Source: Octopus sinensis
Lineage: Eukaryota
Reading direction: 5' to 3'
NCBI RefSeq assembly: GCF_006345805.1
Contig: NC_043007.1
Location: forward strand, 31,124,001-31,188,000
DNA length: 64,000 nt
The translations under genes and the position numbers were made by a program. Of the stretch, positions 12,880-24,738 are shown piece after piece (positions within the stretch are counted from its first letter, which is position 1; each line of letters begins with the position of its first letter). The notes under the pieces are model-generated. The model was not told where the DNA came from. It ran no database searches and saw only the letters and a program-made list of their open reading frames with translations.

Positions 12880-13281
12880 GGCGCAGAGTGGCTGTGTGGT
12901 AAGTAGCTTGCTAACCCACCATATGGTTCCGGGTTCAGTCCCACTGCGTGGCATCGTGGGCAAGTGTCTTCTGCTTTAGCTCTGGGCTGACCAATGCCTT
13001 GTGAGTGGATTTGGTAGACAGAAACTGAAAGAAGCCTGTCGTAGATATGTATATATATATATATGTATGTGTGTGTCTGCATTTGTCCCCCCCATCATCG
13101 CTTGACAACCGATGCTGGTGTGTTTACGTCCCCGTCACTTAGCGGTTCGGTAAAAGAGACCAATAGAATAAGTACTGGGCTTACAAAGAATAAGTTCTGG
13201 GGTTGATTTTCTCGACTAAAGGCGGTGCTCCAGCATGACCACAGTCAAATGACTGAAACAAGTAAAAGAGTAAGAGTAAAG
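12880..13281 (+). mobile_element. SINE-A, full length (plus a 5' fragment at 13328-13395)
   Basis: Full head-to-tail match. Confidence 0.9.
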
Positions 13282-14552
13282 ATAAAAAGAAAAAAAATTT
13301 TTTTTTAAATTAGTGACATTAGTGACAGGCGCAAGAGTGGCTGTGTGGTAAGTAGCTTGCTAACCAACCACATGGTTCCAGGTTCAGTCCCACTGGAATA
13401 ATTTCTAGAACAATAACATTCAAGGAATCCTATTAAAGACAGCAGGATATGATTTGAAAGAAACTTGTTTGTTATTTTTAGCAAATTATGTAGACTGTAT
13501 TGAGGCTTTTTTTGTTGTCGTCAATAATAGGAAGCTCTTTCTATTTATAAATGTTACATGTATATTAAAGTATATAATAGGTCAGAGACGAACAAAACCT
13601 TTAGCAATTACCTGGGCACTAAGTTTTGAATGATAGACTGGTTGACTGATCACCCAGTCTATCATTGGTTAAGTTTATAGCTAAGGATCAAGGATATGAA
13701 ATGTGAGAATGGACCACTTGTAGAAAAGAGGCCCAGAGTCAAGAGCTGATAAATGGAGCGAATTAATGTTAGGCCCAGAAGTGAAACAGGAAGATTAAGA
13801 AACTCACTTTGCAACCATGGGGTTTTGGGTTCAGTTGCATTGTGCTGGGGTTGGTTTGTGTGACTAAATTAGTCATGGGCAGCGTTTTATCAGAAGTGGT
13901 TCCCATGAACTATTTCTCATCACCAGGTGCACCACATTACTAAGAAAAAATTCAGGAAATTCTTTTTGTTTAGGTTTGTCATTCAGAAAGTTTCCTGTGC
14001 TGCAGGTTGTCCATGACTACAAAACTTGTTGAGGCAGAGCCCCAGCATGGCCACAGTTAAATGACTGAAACGAGTAACAGATAAAAGATATATAATTATG
14101 ACTATGCTTGATAATTCAAAACTCTGGCTGTGTTGGTATTTTAATTATTGTCAGGTCATTAATTTTCTCGCATAATACAAATAATTTGTATCTAGTAAAA
14201 CTTTTATGTATCATCATCATCAACAGTCAAATGAGTGAAATAAGTAAAAGAAAAAAAATATTTGATGATGAAGATGATGATGATATTCAAAATTGTTTTC
14301 ATTTACCTCCCTGTTTTAGTATCTGTCACACATATCACTACTTTCTGACATCTGATGGCTGAGCATTCTGTAGTTTGGACGATAACTCATTCTATTGTTC
14401 ACTGATATGATTCCTCATGTCTGCTGTGCATAAAGTGAGACTGAGAGAGATTTTTGAGGAGATAATTAGAGAAGTTTATCAAATAAGGTGTAATGTGTTG
14501 GCTTTGTTACTCTGGACCTTGGATTCATAATCAGCATAGTTACATTCATACT

Positions 14553-14745
14553 CTCTTTTACTTGTTTCAGTCATTTGGCTGTGGCCATGCTGGATCACCG
14601 CCTTTAGTTGAAGAAATTGACCCCAGGACTTATTCTTTGTAAGCCTAGTACTTATTCTATCGGTCTCTTTTGCCGAACCGCCAAGTTACGGGGACGTAAA
14701 CACACCAGCATCATTTGTCAAGCGATGTTGGGGGGACAAACATAT

Positions 14746-14776
<31 letters not shown>

Positions 14777-14951
14777 CACACATATATACGATGGGCTTCT
14801 TTCAGTTTCCGTCTACCAAATCCACTCACAAGGCTTTGGTCGGCCCGAAGCTATAGTAGAAGACACTTGCCCAAGGTCCCACACAGTGGGGCTGAACCCG
14901 GAACCATGTGGTTGGTAAGCAAGCTACTTACCACACAGCCACTCCTGCGCC
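14553..14951 (-). mobile_element. SINE-A, full length, reverse orientation
   Basis: Reverse complement of the family consensus. Confidence 0.9.
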
Positions 14952-15095
14952 ATGTATTCTTTTACTGGTTTAGTTACGTGGTAAGAAGTTTGCTTTCCAA
15001 CCGCATGGTTTCAGGTTCTGTTCCACTACATGGCATCTTGGAGCAAGTGTCTTCTATTATAGCCCTGAGCCAACCAAAACCTTGTGAATAGATTT

Positions 15096-15368
15096 ATCAT
15101 CATCATCATCATCGTTTAACGTCCGTTTTCCATGCTAGCATCGGTTGGATGGTTCAACTGGGGTCTGGAAAGCCAGAAGGCTGCACCAGGCCCAGTCTGA
15201 TCTGGCAGTGTTTCTACAGCTGGATGCCCTTCCTAACGTCAACCACTCCGAGAGTGTAGTGGGTGCTTTTTATGTGCCACCTGCACAGGTGCCAGACGAG
15301 GCTGGCAAACGGCCACGATCGGATGGTTCTTTTTACGTGCCACTTGCACGGGGGCCAGACGGGGCTGG
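15096..15368 (-). mobile_element. SINE-B
   Basis: Family match with 2 internal units. Confidence 0.85.
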
Positions 15369-16700
15369 CTGGAAACTGAAAGAAATTTGTGTGTGTCTTG
15401 TTTCAGTTATTAGACTGTGGCCATACAGGAGCACCACATTAAAGATTTTTTTTTTTCTAAATTGAACGTATCAACTCCAGTATTTTTTTTTAAAGCCTGG
15501 TACTTATTCTATTGGTCTCTTTTGTTAAACTGGTAAGTTATGGGGGCCACAAGCACACCAGCACTGAATGTCAAGCAGTGGTGGTTACACACACACACAG
15601 ACGACAGGCCTCTTTCAGTTTTCATCTACCAAATCCACCCACAAGACTTTAGTCAGCCTGAGGCTATAGCAGAAGACACCTGTCCAAGGTGCCATGCAGT
15701 GGGACTGAACCCAGAACCATGTGGTTGGGAGGCAAGCTTCTTACCACACAGCCACTGTGTGTGTTACTGTCTCCTGACTCGGGCATCATGTAATAGTTGT
15801 AAACAAAAGTTACCATCATGCCAGTAATATCCAGTTCCACTCTTCCTTGAAAACATGTCTGGTCACGGAGAAATGTTCTCTTACTCGGAAAGGTAAGGGT
15901 TAGCGACAGGAAGGGCATCCTGTGAAAATCTGCCTCAACAAATTCCCCCTGATCCATACAAGCAATGAAAAGTGGACATCAGAACATTGATGATGATAAC
16001 TCACTTCATTGGACCCTGTAGTTATTTTGTTGACCTCAGAGGGATGAAAACTGAAGTGAAGCTGGGTAGGATTTGAACTCAGATTGGAAAGGAGTATAAT
16101 GGAATATCCACAAAGTGTTTTACCTACCACACCACTGACATACTCTTTTTACTCTTTTACTTATTTCAGTCATTTGACTGTGGCCATGCTGGAGCACCGC
16201 CTTTAGTCAAGCAAATCGACCCCGGGACTTATTCTTTGTAAGCCCAGTACTTATTCTATCAGTCTCTTTTGCCGAACCACTAAGTGACGGGGACGTAAAC
16301 ACACCAGAAAAGAATGTCTTTCTGAACTCATACACAAGCTTTGAAGCTTCACGCACAGATTTACTGGCTTTATCAAAAGTAATAAGTACGTTGCAGAAAC
16401 CTCATCTAAGATTTCTCTGAGATATTGATGTGTTGGGCTTTTACAACAAGCAGCTGTTATATATTTAGCTTGACAAACAGCAACTTCATTGTCGGCTTAT
16501 TTGTTATGTCACTGCTATTCAGGCAACTCAATATTTTCTAACCACACACACACACACACAGTCACAGATGTGCACGTGGGAATATTAGGAGGCATAAATA
16601 TGCTTCATTTATGTGAATGCTAATAATATTGACATAAGAGGACATAAATGTGTCAAAGAATTCACTCGTTAGTAAATGTCAGTAAAGGGTACAATGAGAT

Positions 16701-16864
16701 AGGAGTGGCTGTGAGGTAAGTAGCTTGCTTATCAACCACATGGTTCCGGGTTCAGTCCCACTACATGGCACCTTGGGCAAGTGTCTTCTACTATAGCCTT
16801 GGGCTGACCAAAGCCTTGTGAGTGGATTTGGTAGACGGAAACTGAAAGAAGCCTGTTGTATATA

Positions 16865-16914
<50 letters not shown>

Positions 16915-17146
16915 CATACATATGCATGTATGTGTGTGTATATGTTTGCGTGTCTGTGTTTGACCCCTCAACATTGCTTGACAACCGATGCTGGTGTGTT
17001 TACGTCCCCGTCACTTAGCGGTTCAGCAAAAGAGACCAATAGAATAAGTACTAGGCTTACAAAGAATAAGTCCTGGGGTCGAATTGCTCGACTAAATGCG
17101 GTGCTCCAGCATGGCCACAGTCAAATGACTGAAACAAGTAAAAGAA
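16701..17146 (+). mobile_element. SINE-A, left parent of the tandem duplication
   Basis: Full copy; its 3' half is identical to that of 17728-18166. Confidence 0.9.
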
Positions 17147-17472
17147 TATACACACACACCACTTTTTTCTATCTCTCTCTCCTTTGACTGGGATAGACAT
17201 GATGTATCTCTACAGCAAGACATCTGTATCCCTCTTTTATCCCTCAATATTACTCCCTTCTCAATTAAGGGAGTGTCAATGCAAGTTACTTGGTGGCCTC
17301 ACTAGTGTTGGTAGTAAGACAAAATGCATCCAGTACACACTGTAAAGTGGTTGGTATTAGGAAGGGCATCCAGTGAAAGAAACCATGCCAAAGCCGACAA
17401 TAAAAGTCGGAGCAGTCCTCTGCTTTGCTAGTTTCTGTCTAATCCATGCCAGCCACAGAAAACAGACATTAA

Positions 17473-17693
17473 CCCTTTAGTGTTCAAACTGGCCCTATCA
17501 GGCCAAAATTGTCTTCCTGTTTTATTTTTAAAACGAGCCAGCTCTGACCTCTCCCACCTACCCTACAAAGTCATTCTAAAAATAAACAGGGACATCATCA
17601 AAATCCCAGAGTTACAAGATGCTGTACAATTAATTTAAAACAATGTGATTAAACAGGCTTTACATTTGATAGAGTAATCTGAATGCTAAAGGG
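17473..17693. mobile_element. piggyBac-type MITE family 2 (duplicated at 18493-18713; decayed copies near 3466-3660, 7130-7300, 12540-12705)
   Basis: TTAA|CCCTTTAG...CTAAAGGG|TTAA. Shared internal CCTACCCTACAAWGTCATTCTRAAAATAAA. Confidence 0.8.
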
Positions 17694-17727
17694 TTAAATG
17701 AATATGATGATGATATACAGATATATA

Positions 17728-17880
17728 GGTGCAAGAGTGGCTGTGTGGTAAGTAGCTTGCTTACCAACCACATGGTCCCGGGTTCAGTCCCACTGCGTGG
17801 CCCCTTGGGCAAGTGTCTTCTGCTATAGCCTCAGGCCGACCAATGCCTTGTGAGTGGATTTGGTAGACGGAAAGCCCGTC

Positions 17881-17915
<35 letters not shown>

Positions 17916-18166
17916 ATATATATAATATATATATATATACATATGCATGTATGTGTGTGTATATGTTGCGTGTCTGTGTTTGACCCCTCAACATTGCTTG
18001 ACAACCGATGCTGGTGTGTTTACGTCCCCGTCACTTAGCGGTTCAGCAAAAGAGACCAATAGAATAAGTACTAGGCTTACAAAGAATAAGTCCTGGGGTC
18101 GAATTGCTCGACTAAATGCGGTGCTCCAGCATGGCCACAGTCAAATGACTGAAACAAATAAAAGAA
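17728..18166 (+). mobile_element. SINE-A, chimeric middle copy
   Basis: 5' half matches 18754-19146 and 3' half matches 16701-17146. Confidence 0.9.
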
Positions 18167-18753
18167 TATACACACACACCACTTTTTTCTATCTCTCTCT
18201 CCTTTGACTGAGATAGACATGATGTATCTCTACAGCAAGACATCTGTATCCCTCTTTTATCCCTCAATATTACTCCCTTCTCAATTAAGGGAGTGTCAAT
18301 GCAAGTTACTTGGTGGCCTCACTAGTGTTGGTAGTAAGACAAAATGCATCCAGTACACACTGTAAAGTGGTTGGTATTAGGAAGGGCATCCAGTGAAAGA
18401 AACCATGCCAAAGCCGACAATAAAAGTCGGAGCAGTCCTCTGCTTTGCTAGTTTCTGTCTAATCCATGCCAGCCACAGAAAACAGACATTAACCCTTTAG
18501 TGTTCAAACTGGCCCTATCAGGCCAAAATTGTCTTCCTGTTTTATTTTTAAAACGAGCCAGCTCTGACCTCTCCCACCTACCCTACAAAGTCATTCTAAA
18601 AATAAACAGGGACATCATCAAAATCCCAGAGTTACAAGATGCTGTACAATTAATTTAAAACAATGTGATTAAACAGGCTTTACATTTGATAGAGTAATCT
18701 GAATGCTAAAGGGTTAAATGAATATGATGATGATGATGATATACAGATATATA

Positions 18754-19146
18754 GGCGCAAGAGTGGCTGTGTGGTAAGTAGCTTGCTTACCAACCACATG
18801 GTCCCGGGTTCAGTCCCACTGCGTGGCCCCTTGGGCAAGTGTCTTCTGCTATAGCCTCAGGCCGACCAATGCCTTGTGAGTGGATTTGGTAGACGGAAAG
18901 CCCGTCATATATATATATATATATAAGTATGTGTGTGTATATGTTTGTGTGTCTGTGTTTGTCCCCCCTAGCATTGCTTGACAACCGATGCTGGTGTATT
19001 TCGTCCCCGTCACTTAGCGGTTCGGCAAAAGAGACCAATAGAATAAGTACTGGGCTTACAAAGAATAAGTCCCGGGGTCGATTTGCTCGACTAAAGGCGG
19101 TGCTCCAGCATGGCTGCAATCAAATGACTGAAACAAGTAAAAGAGT
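18754..19146 (+). mobile_element. SINE-A, right parent of the tandem duplication
   Basis: Full copy; its 5' half shares private variants with 17728-18166. Confidence 0.9.
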
Positions 19147-19444
19147 AGAGCTTGTATGACAGCTTGGCTGTTTACAACCACATCAAAACAACAAGGGTAC
19201 CCATGTGCACACACGACAGGCTTTTTTCAGTTTCCATCTACCAAGTCCACTTGCCCCGTGTGCCATGAAGTAGGAATACTGAGACCACATGGTTTGAGAT
19301 ATAAGCTTTTCAACCACATAGTCATGCCTCCACTTATATGTATACATGGGTGTGGTGCTCACAGATATGAAACAGGAACAGAACAAAGACAAGGATCATA
19401 GAATAAGCAGTTTGGTTATGAAGCAGTGTGTTGTTTGTTAATGA

Positions 19445-19990
19445 CAATCATCATCATTGTTTAATGTCCGCTTTCCATGCTAGCATGGGTTGGACGATTT
19501 TGGCTGAGGTCTGGCGAGCCAGATGGCTGCACCAGGCTCCAATCTTGATCTGGCAGAGTTTCTACAGCTGAAAGCCCTTCCTAACACCAACCACTCCGAG
19601 AGTGTAGTGGGTGCTTTTCACATGCCACCGGCACGGGGGCCAGTCAGGCGGTACTGGCAATAACCTCGCTCGAATCTTTTACACATGCCACCGGCACAGT
19701 GTCAGTGAGGTGACGTTGGTAATGATCACGCTCGAATGGTGTCCTTTTATGTGCTACCGGCACGGAGCCAGTTGGCTGCTCTGGCAACGATCACGCTTGG
19801 CTGGTGCTCTTGGTACTCTACTAGCATGGGCACAAGTGCCAGTAAGGCGACACTGGTAATGATCACACTTGAATGGTGCCCTTTTATGTGCCACTGGCAC
19901 GGAAGCCGATTAGCCGCTCTGTTAATCACCCTCGTATGGTGCTCTTTGCATCCTGCTAGCACGGGTGTCAGTCTTTCACTTGCCTCAACA
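19445..19990 (-). mobile_element. SINE family B (RTE-like (GAT)n tail) with about 6 internal tandem units
   Basis: Core GGCGTTAGGAAGGGCATCCAGCTGTAGAAA..ACCCATGCTAGCATGGAAAGCGGACGTTAAACGATGATG on the minus strand. Confidence 0.85.
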
Positions 19991-20759
19991 GGTCTCAACA
20001 ATAACTATGTAAATATATGAATACTGTATACTTTCGATATAAATAAGTGACATAATACAACCTTTTATTGAGACAGTTGAACATATTTCCTAAATAATGT
20101 CCTTCACTCAAGTCCTGCATGTTTATTGCCATACAACACATCTAAAAGTTTTAAAATATCTTATTTTCTTCAACAGAAAAATTACTTCAAACTTCAAGTT
20201 AAAACTAGGACTAGATTTTTTAATAGGAAATTGTCATATGAAGTAAATTAAGCTTTTATACTACTACTACTACTACTACTACAACTACATAATTAAGTGT
20301 AAGTCAGTTCTTTAAACATGGGAATTTTATAAAGGATTGGTCCACCTATTTTCCATCAAATTTCAACGAAGCAGGCATACAAATGACTTCAGATAATTTA
20401 GTATTTATATTATATTATAGCACAATCAATGTAATAGGAGAGGTTGGATGCTCCTTGAATAAAGTATGTATATCTCTATACTAGATTGTTAGTTGTAATT
20501 TAGCCCCAGGTCTTTCCTGATCAACCAGATTAGGTCTGCTCTAGTAAAGCAGATGTATAATATCTACGGTACTGAAGTAACTGATTAAAGAAATCATTCA
20601 ATCAACTTAGCTATTTGGTTAAGAAGTTTGCTTCACAGTCATATAATCCTGGGTTCAGTCCTATTGTGCAGCACCTTAAGCAGCCTTCCGCTGTAGTTCA
20701 GATCCATTAATGCACTTTGCAAAGCGTATAGAGAACAACAGAAGCAAACTTGAGATCTC

Positions 20760-20880
20760 AGACCCAAGAACAAAGAAGTTTGGAAATGTTACTACAAAAA
20801 GTTGATGAATGAGAAGAATGCAGAGGGGAGAGAGGGGGATGGATCTAAAAAAAGACCCGACAGAGGGAATTTCCCCTGGC
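20760..20880 (+). mobile_element. Possible RTE LINE internal fragment
   Basis: KEVWKCYYKKLMNEKN resembles the RTE linker W-x2-HYE-x-LLN. Short and decayed. Confidence 0.35.
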
Positions 20881-20999
20881 AGTATCGTTGCTTCTTGATA
20901 CTGCTGAGGGGGAGGAGCAACACTGAATGAGTGAAAATCATTTGTAATCTCCAACAGCTGAGAAACAGAAGGTCACAGTGCAAGTTAACCGTAGTAGTA

Positions 21000-21039
<40 letters not shown>

Positions 21040-21100
21040 CCACACATGTATATGGAGAGAATGAGAGAGATAGATAGATATTTATTTATCAACATCTATA

Positions 21101-21192
21101 TAAACACACAGACCTTCAGCCTGTAACAAGTTTGATAAGTGCCATCATGCATTGGCACTTATCAAACAAGTTACAGGCTGCCTGTGTGTTTA
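21101..21192. repeat. Short near-perfect hairpin (28-bp stem, 8-nt loop) with outer arms
   Basis: 21117-21144 pairs with 21153-21180 at 26/28 positions. Outer TAAACACACAG/CTGTGTGTTTA. Confidence 0.85.
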
Positions 21193-21230
21193 ATTAGCTG
21201 TTTATATATATATATATATAAAGATAGATA

Positions 21231-21665
21231 GATAGGTTTAAGAGACAGAATCACCCTCAAGCAACTCAATTGTCATTATACACGATAGGTACAAATAGGA
21301 CTAAATATTAAAATTATCAAAATTAACACCTACAATTCTTATTCTAAATCATATACTTTACATTATATATACTACGCGCGTTTCATGACAACATATTCCT
21401 TGATAATGCTGAAATAGAGGTCTTGAAATACCATATTATTTTAATATTGTATTGTATTTCAAGACCTTTATTTAGGGCAATATCGAGGAATATGTTGTCA
21501 TGAAACACACGTAGTATATATAATGCAAAGTATATGATTTAGAATAAGAATTGTAGGTGTTAATTCTGATAATTTTAATATTTAGTGCTATTTGTACCTA
21601 TTGTGGATAATGTCGTTCAATAACGATTGAGTTGCTTGAGGGTGATTCTGTCTCTTAAACCTATC
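21231..21665. mobile_element. 435-bp foldback (palindromic MITE-like) element
   Basis: Arms 21231-21431 and 21454-21665 are near-perfect reverse complements around an AT-rich loop of about 22 bp. Confidence 0.85.
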
Positions 21666-21789
21666 AATTTATATGTGTATAAGACAGTGAGTAATTCATT
21701 TTAGTACCACTAAATTGAACTTCTCTCCCCTGTGGACTCGGAAATAACTTCCCTAATATTAATATTAAATATATATATATATATATATA

Positions 21790-22205
21790 TCATTATCGTT
21801 TAACGTCTGCTTTCCATGCTATCATGGGTTGGATGATTTGATTGAGGACTGGAGAACCAGATGGCTGCACCAGGCTCCAATCTAATCTGGCAGAGTTTCT
21901 ACAGCTGGATACCTTTCCTAATGCCAACCACTCCGAGAGTGTAGTGGGTGCTTTTATGTGTCACCGGCATGAGGGCTAGTCAGGCAGTACTGGCAACGGT
22001 CACGCTCAAATGGTGTTTTTTATGTGCCACTTGCACAAGAGCCAGTCCAGCGGTACTGGCAACAACCTCGCTTGAATGTTTTTTCACGTGCCACCAGCAC
22101 AAGTGCCAATAAGGCAACGCTGGTAAGGATCACGCTCGAATGGTGCTTTTTACGTGCCACCAGTCCTCAAATTGTCCAACCCATGGAAAGCTGACGTTAA
22201 ACAAT
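21790..22205. mobile_element. SINE-B with an inverted second tail
   Basis: Minus-strand copy ending in a plus-strand tail at 22160-22205. Confidence 0.8.
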
Positions 22206-24229
22206 GATCTCTTTCATATATATATATATATCTATGCATACACGCACACACACATATATATATCTATATGTAGAGCGAGTGTGTGTGTGTGTGCATTCAT
22301 TTATCAGAATGTACAATGCTTCACAGGTGGAAACAAAGAGTAAATGGAAAAATAGAGCTGTGAGTCAGGCCCAGTCATTCAACCAACTACCTGTGCACTA
22401 TATGACTGTCTGATAAGAGCTGATCTGCAACTATAATACAATAACAACAAAATAAAAGGACAAAGCTTATTAACTCACTGGAAATGAAGAAACCTTGACA
22501 TAGTCAACTGATTTGACCTATTGACAGCCCCCACCCCCATTGCTTTTCCTATAAGCAGGATTTGGGGACAAGGCAGAAAATCCTTAATATAAACTAATTT
22601 GATTTATGAAGCGATGTTCAAAATGAAAATGAAACTTCCCTCAGCATAACGAGTCTGATTTGAAAATCGTTAACTGTTCTGCACAAGTCACATCCAGTTT
22701 TCATCAGGCCTGTTAGCCGTTTAGCATGATACATCTCGTGAAAGTTGCAGAAGAATGGAGAGACTTATCAAATTGAAACCGTTGAAGGTCATCAAATTTC
22801 CTCGGTAGTATCAGGTGCCATATATTGTCCCTACATACACTAACACGTATGTATATGTTCCAAAACTGCATTTTTATTTTGTTCTGAACATGTAAAATGG
22901 ATCCCTCTTGTCCTAATATGTAAATAGCTAATCTGTAAGGGGAAGAAGAAAAAAATACATACATTAGTTTACTATTCACATCACTATATTATCTAAACAA
23001 GTAGGCACTGCAGAGCGGTGTCATTTTCTGAGAAATGTCAGCTTAGTTTAGTGTCAGCCTATACCGTTGACAGCTGCCCTCTGTTATAATTACACAAACC
23101 TAATCATTACAACCTGTTAGATTCAGCCAGTCTAAGTAACACGGATGATATAAATGAAAGAAGTGTAATTATGAACAGACTGGATCTTTCTAATTGTCAT
23201 TTTGTGATGCTAATGGCCTTGTTTTTAGATAGAGGAATGAATCTTTAACGATAAGGGGGTAAGACAAAGTGGATATTTTAGTACTGTGTTTCTCAATGGA
23301 CATAAAGAAATACAAAAACACAAAAGTTTCTTTTTTTGTCTTGTTTGTATAGAGACAGCCGTGTGGTTAGGAAACTTGCTTTACAATCACAGGGCTTTTT
23401 GGGTTCAGTCCCAATGCAAAACACTTTGGACAAGTGTCTTCTACTATAGCCCTAGGCCAACTAATTCTTTGTGAGTGAATTTGGAAGACCGAAACTGTGT
23501 GAAAGTCCATCACACACACACACGCACTTTTTTTTTCACTGTTTGACAACTGGCATTTGTTTACATTCCCATAACTTAGCAGTTTGAACAAAGAGACTGA
23601 TAGAATAAATACCAGACTTGGGAAATAAGTGCAGGGAGTAGGGTTGATTTGTTTGCCAAAATCAATTTGTACAAATACTCCTTTCTAGTATAGACCCAAG
23701 GACTGAAATTTAGGGGAAGAGGTCGATCAACCTCAGTGCTCAACTGGTATTTATCGACCCTAAAAGGGTGAAAAGTAAGGTCAGTCTCAGTGGAATTTGA
23801 ACTCAGAATGAAAAGACGGATGAAAAGCTATTTGGCATTTTTGCCTGGCAGGCTAATGATTCTGGCAGCTCGCCACCTTAATTTGTACAAATAATGATTA
23901 TTAAATATAATTATCAGTTATACTTGGGCTGTAGCAAAAAAAAAAATCAAGCTTGCCAAATTCCCATTAAATTCAGTGAAGCAGACATACAACCTCACAA
24001 GACTTGGCCAATACCTACAACAACTTAAAACTAATTCTGAAATATCACTATTTGATGTTTTAGTAACATTTTTACAAAAAGGAAAAAAAAACATTAAAGA
24101 ATAGAATATCAAATTATAGAGAAAAAATACCCATAACTACCCTTCCAAGGAAACAGAGAAAAAGAGGGAAAAAATGGGGGGGAGCAGCAAAAGAGGGGGT
24201 GGGGAAGTAACAGGTTGTACACCCCAAAA

Positions 24230-24600
24230 CGAATGGCATTGCCGTGGAGAATGGCCAGCACCATTCGTTGCAGCAGCCGCTCCACCTTGCAGGATTCATT
24301 TCTCAGACGGGCATCAGTTATCTGAATTTTGGGGAAGAAACCAGTAGTATAGGACACCCAAAGTCTTGACGGCAACTGGCACAAATTGACAGTGGAAGGT
24401 CAAGCTCTTGTGGCACAAATTGACAGTGGCCGGTCAAGCTCTTGTATTTTGTTCTATATTTCTCTTAGCTACAGGCAGCGATATCTGGGTTTGCGGCCGA
24501 TGCAGCAAGGTTGGTACGGGAAAACGTGTCACAGCAGGTCGCGTCCCAGATTAAGGAACTGCCAACCTCATATGGGAAGAGGGTTATTCCGTCGGGGCCC
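24230..24600 (-). mobile_element. CRE-clade non-LTR retrotransposon 3' relic (restriction-like endonuclease), copy 1
   Basis: PDGITLFPYEVGSSLIWDATCCDTFS..KYKSLTGHCQFVP/VAVKTLG..LLQRMVLAILHGNA. Contains a stop and a 34-bp tandem duplication. Confidence 0.8.
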
Positions 24601-24738
24601 TGAACTTGGTAGTGGAGGTTCCACAACCAGTTGAAATAGAATATCCACATAAATTACAATATTGTTCACATTTCATTTTCTCTGCATGCAAAAGACACAG
24701 AAGCTGGGTGTACATTACATTAAACTATGTAAAAATCA

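Larger units (their letters stand above)
16900..18920 (+). repeat. Tandem duplication of about 1020 bp, bounded by the TA microsatellites of SINE-A copies
   Basis: 17161 onward matches 18181 onward at an offset of 1020 bp, with only a few SNPs and microsatellite indels. Confidence 0.92.

Noticed and set aside
12124-19392. Many 60-110 aa ORFs sharing SVYQIHSQG..EDTCPRCHAVGLNPEPCGW or TTDAGVFTSP..
   Set aside because: Recurrent translations of SINE-A, not a protein family.
19600-19990. Repeat-spacer appearance of SINE-B internal units (CRISPR-like)
   Set aside because: The units are diverged tandem copies of one another inside a eukaryotic retroposon; no unique spacers and no cas genes.
22830-22932. 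Strong minus-strand acceptor at 22932 that would give an immediate stop (DEGS poison exon)
   Set aside because: Only weak downstream donors, and such acceptors are common by chance in AT-rich introns.
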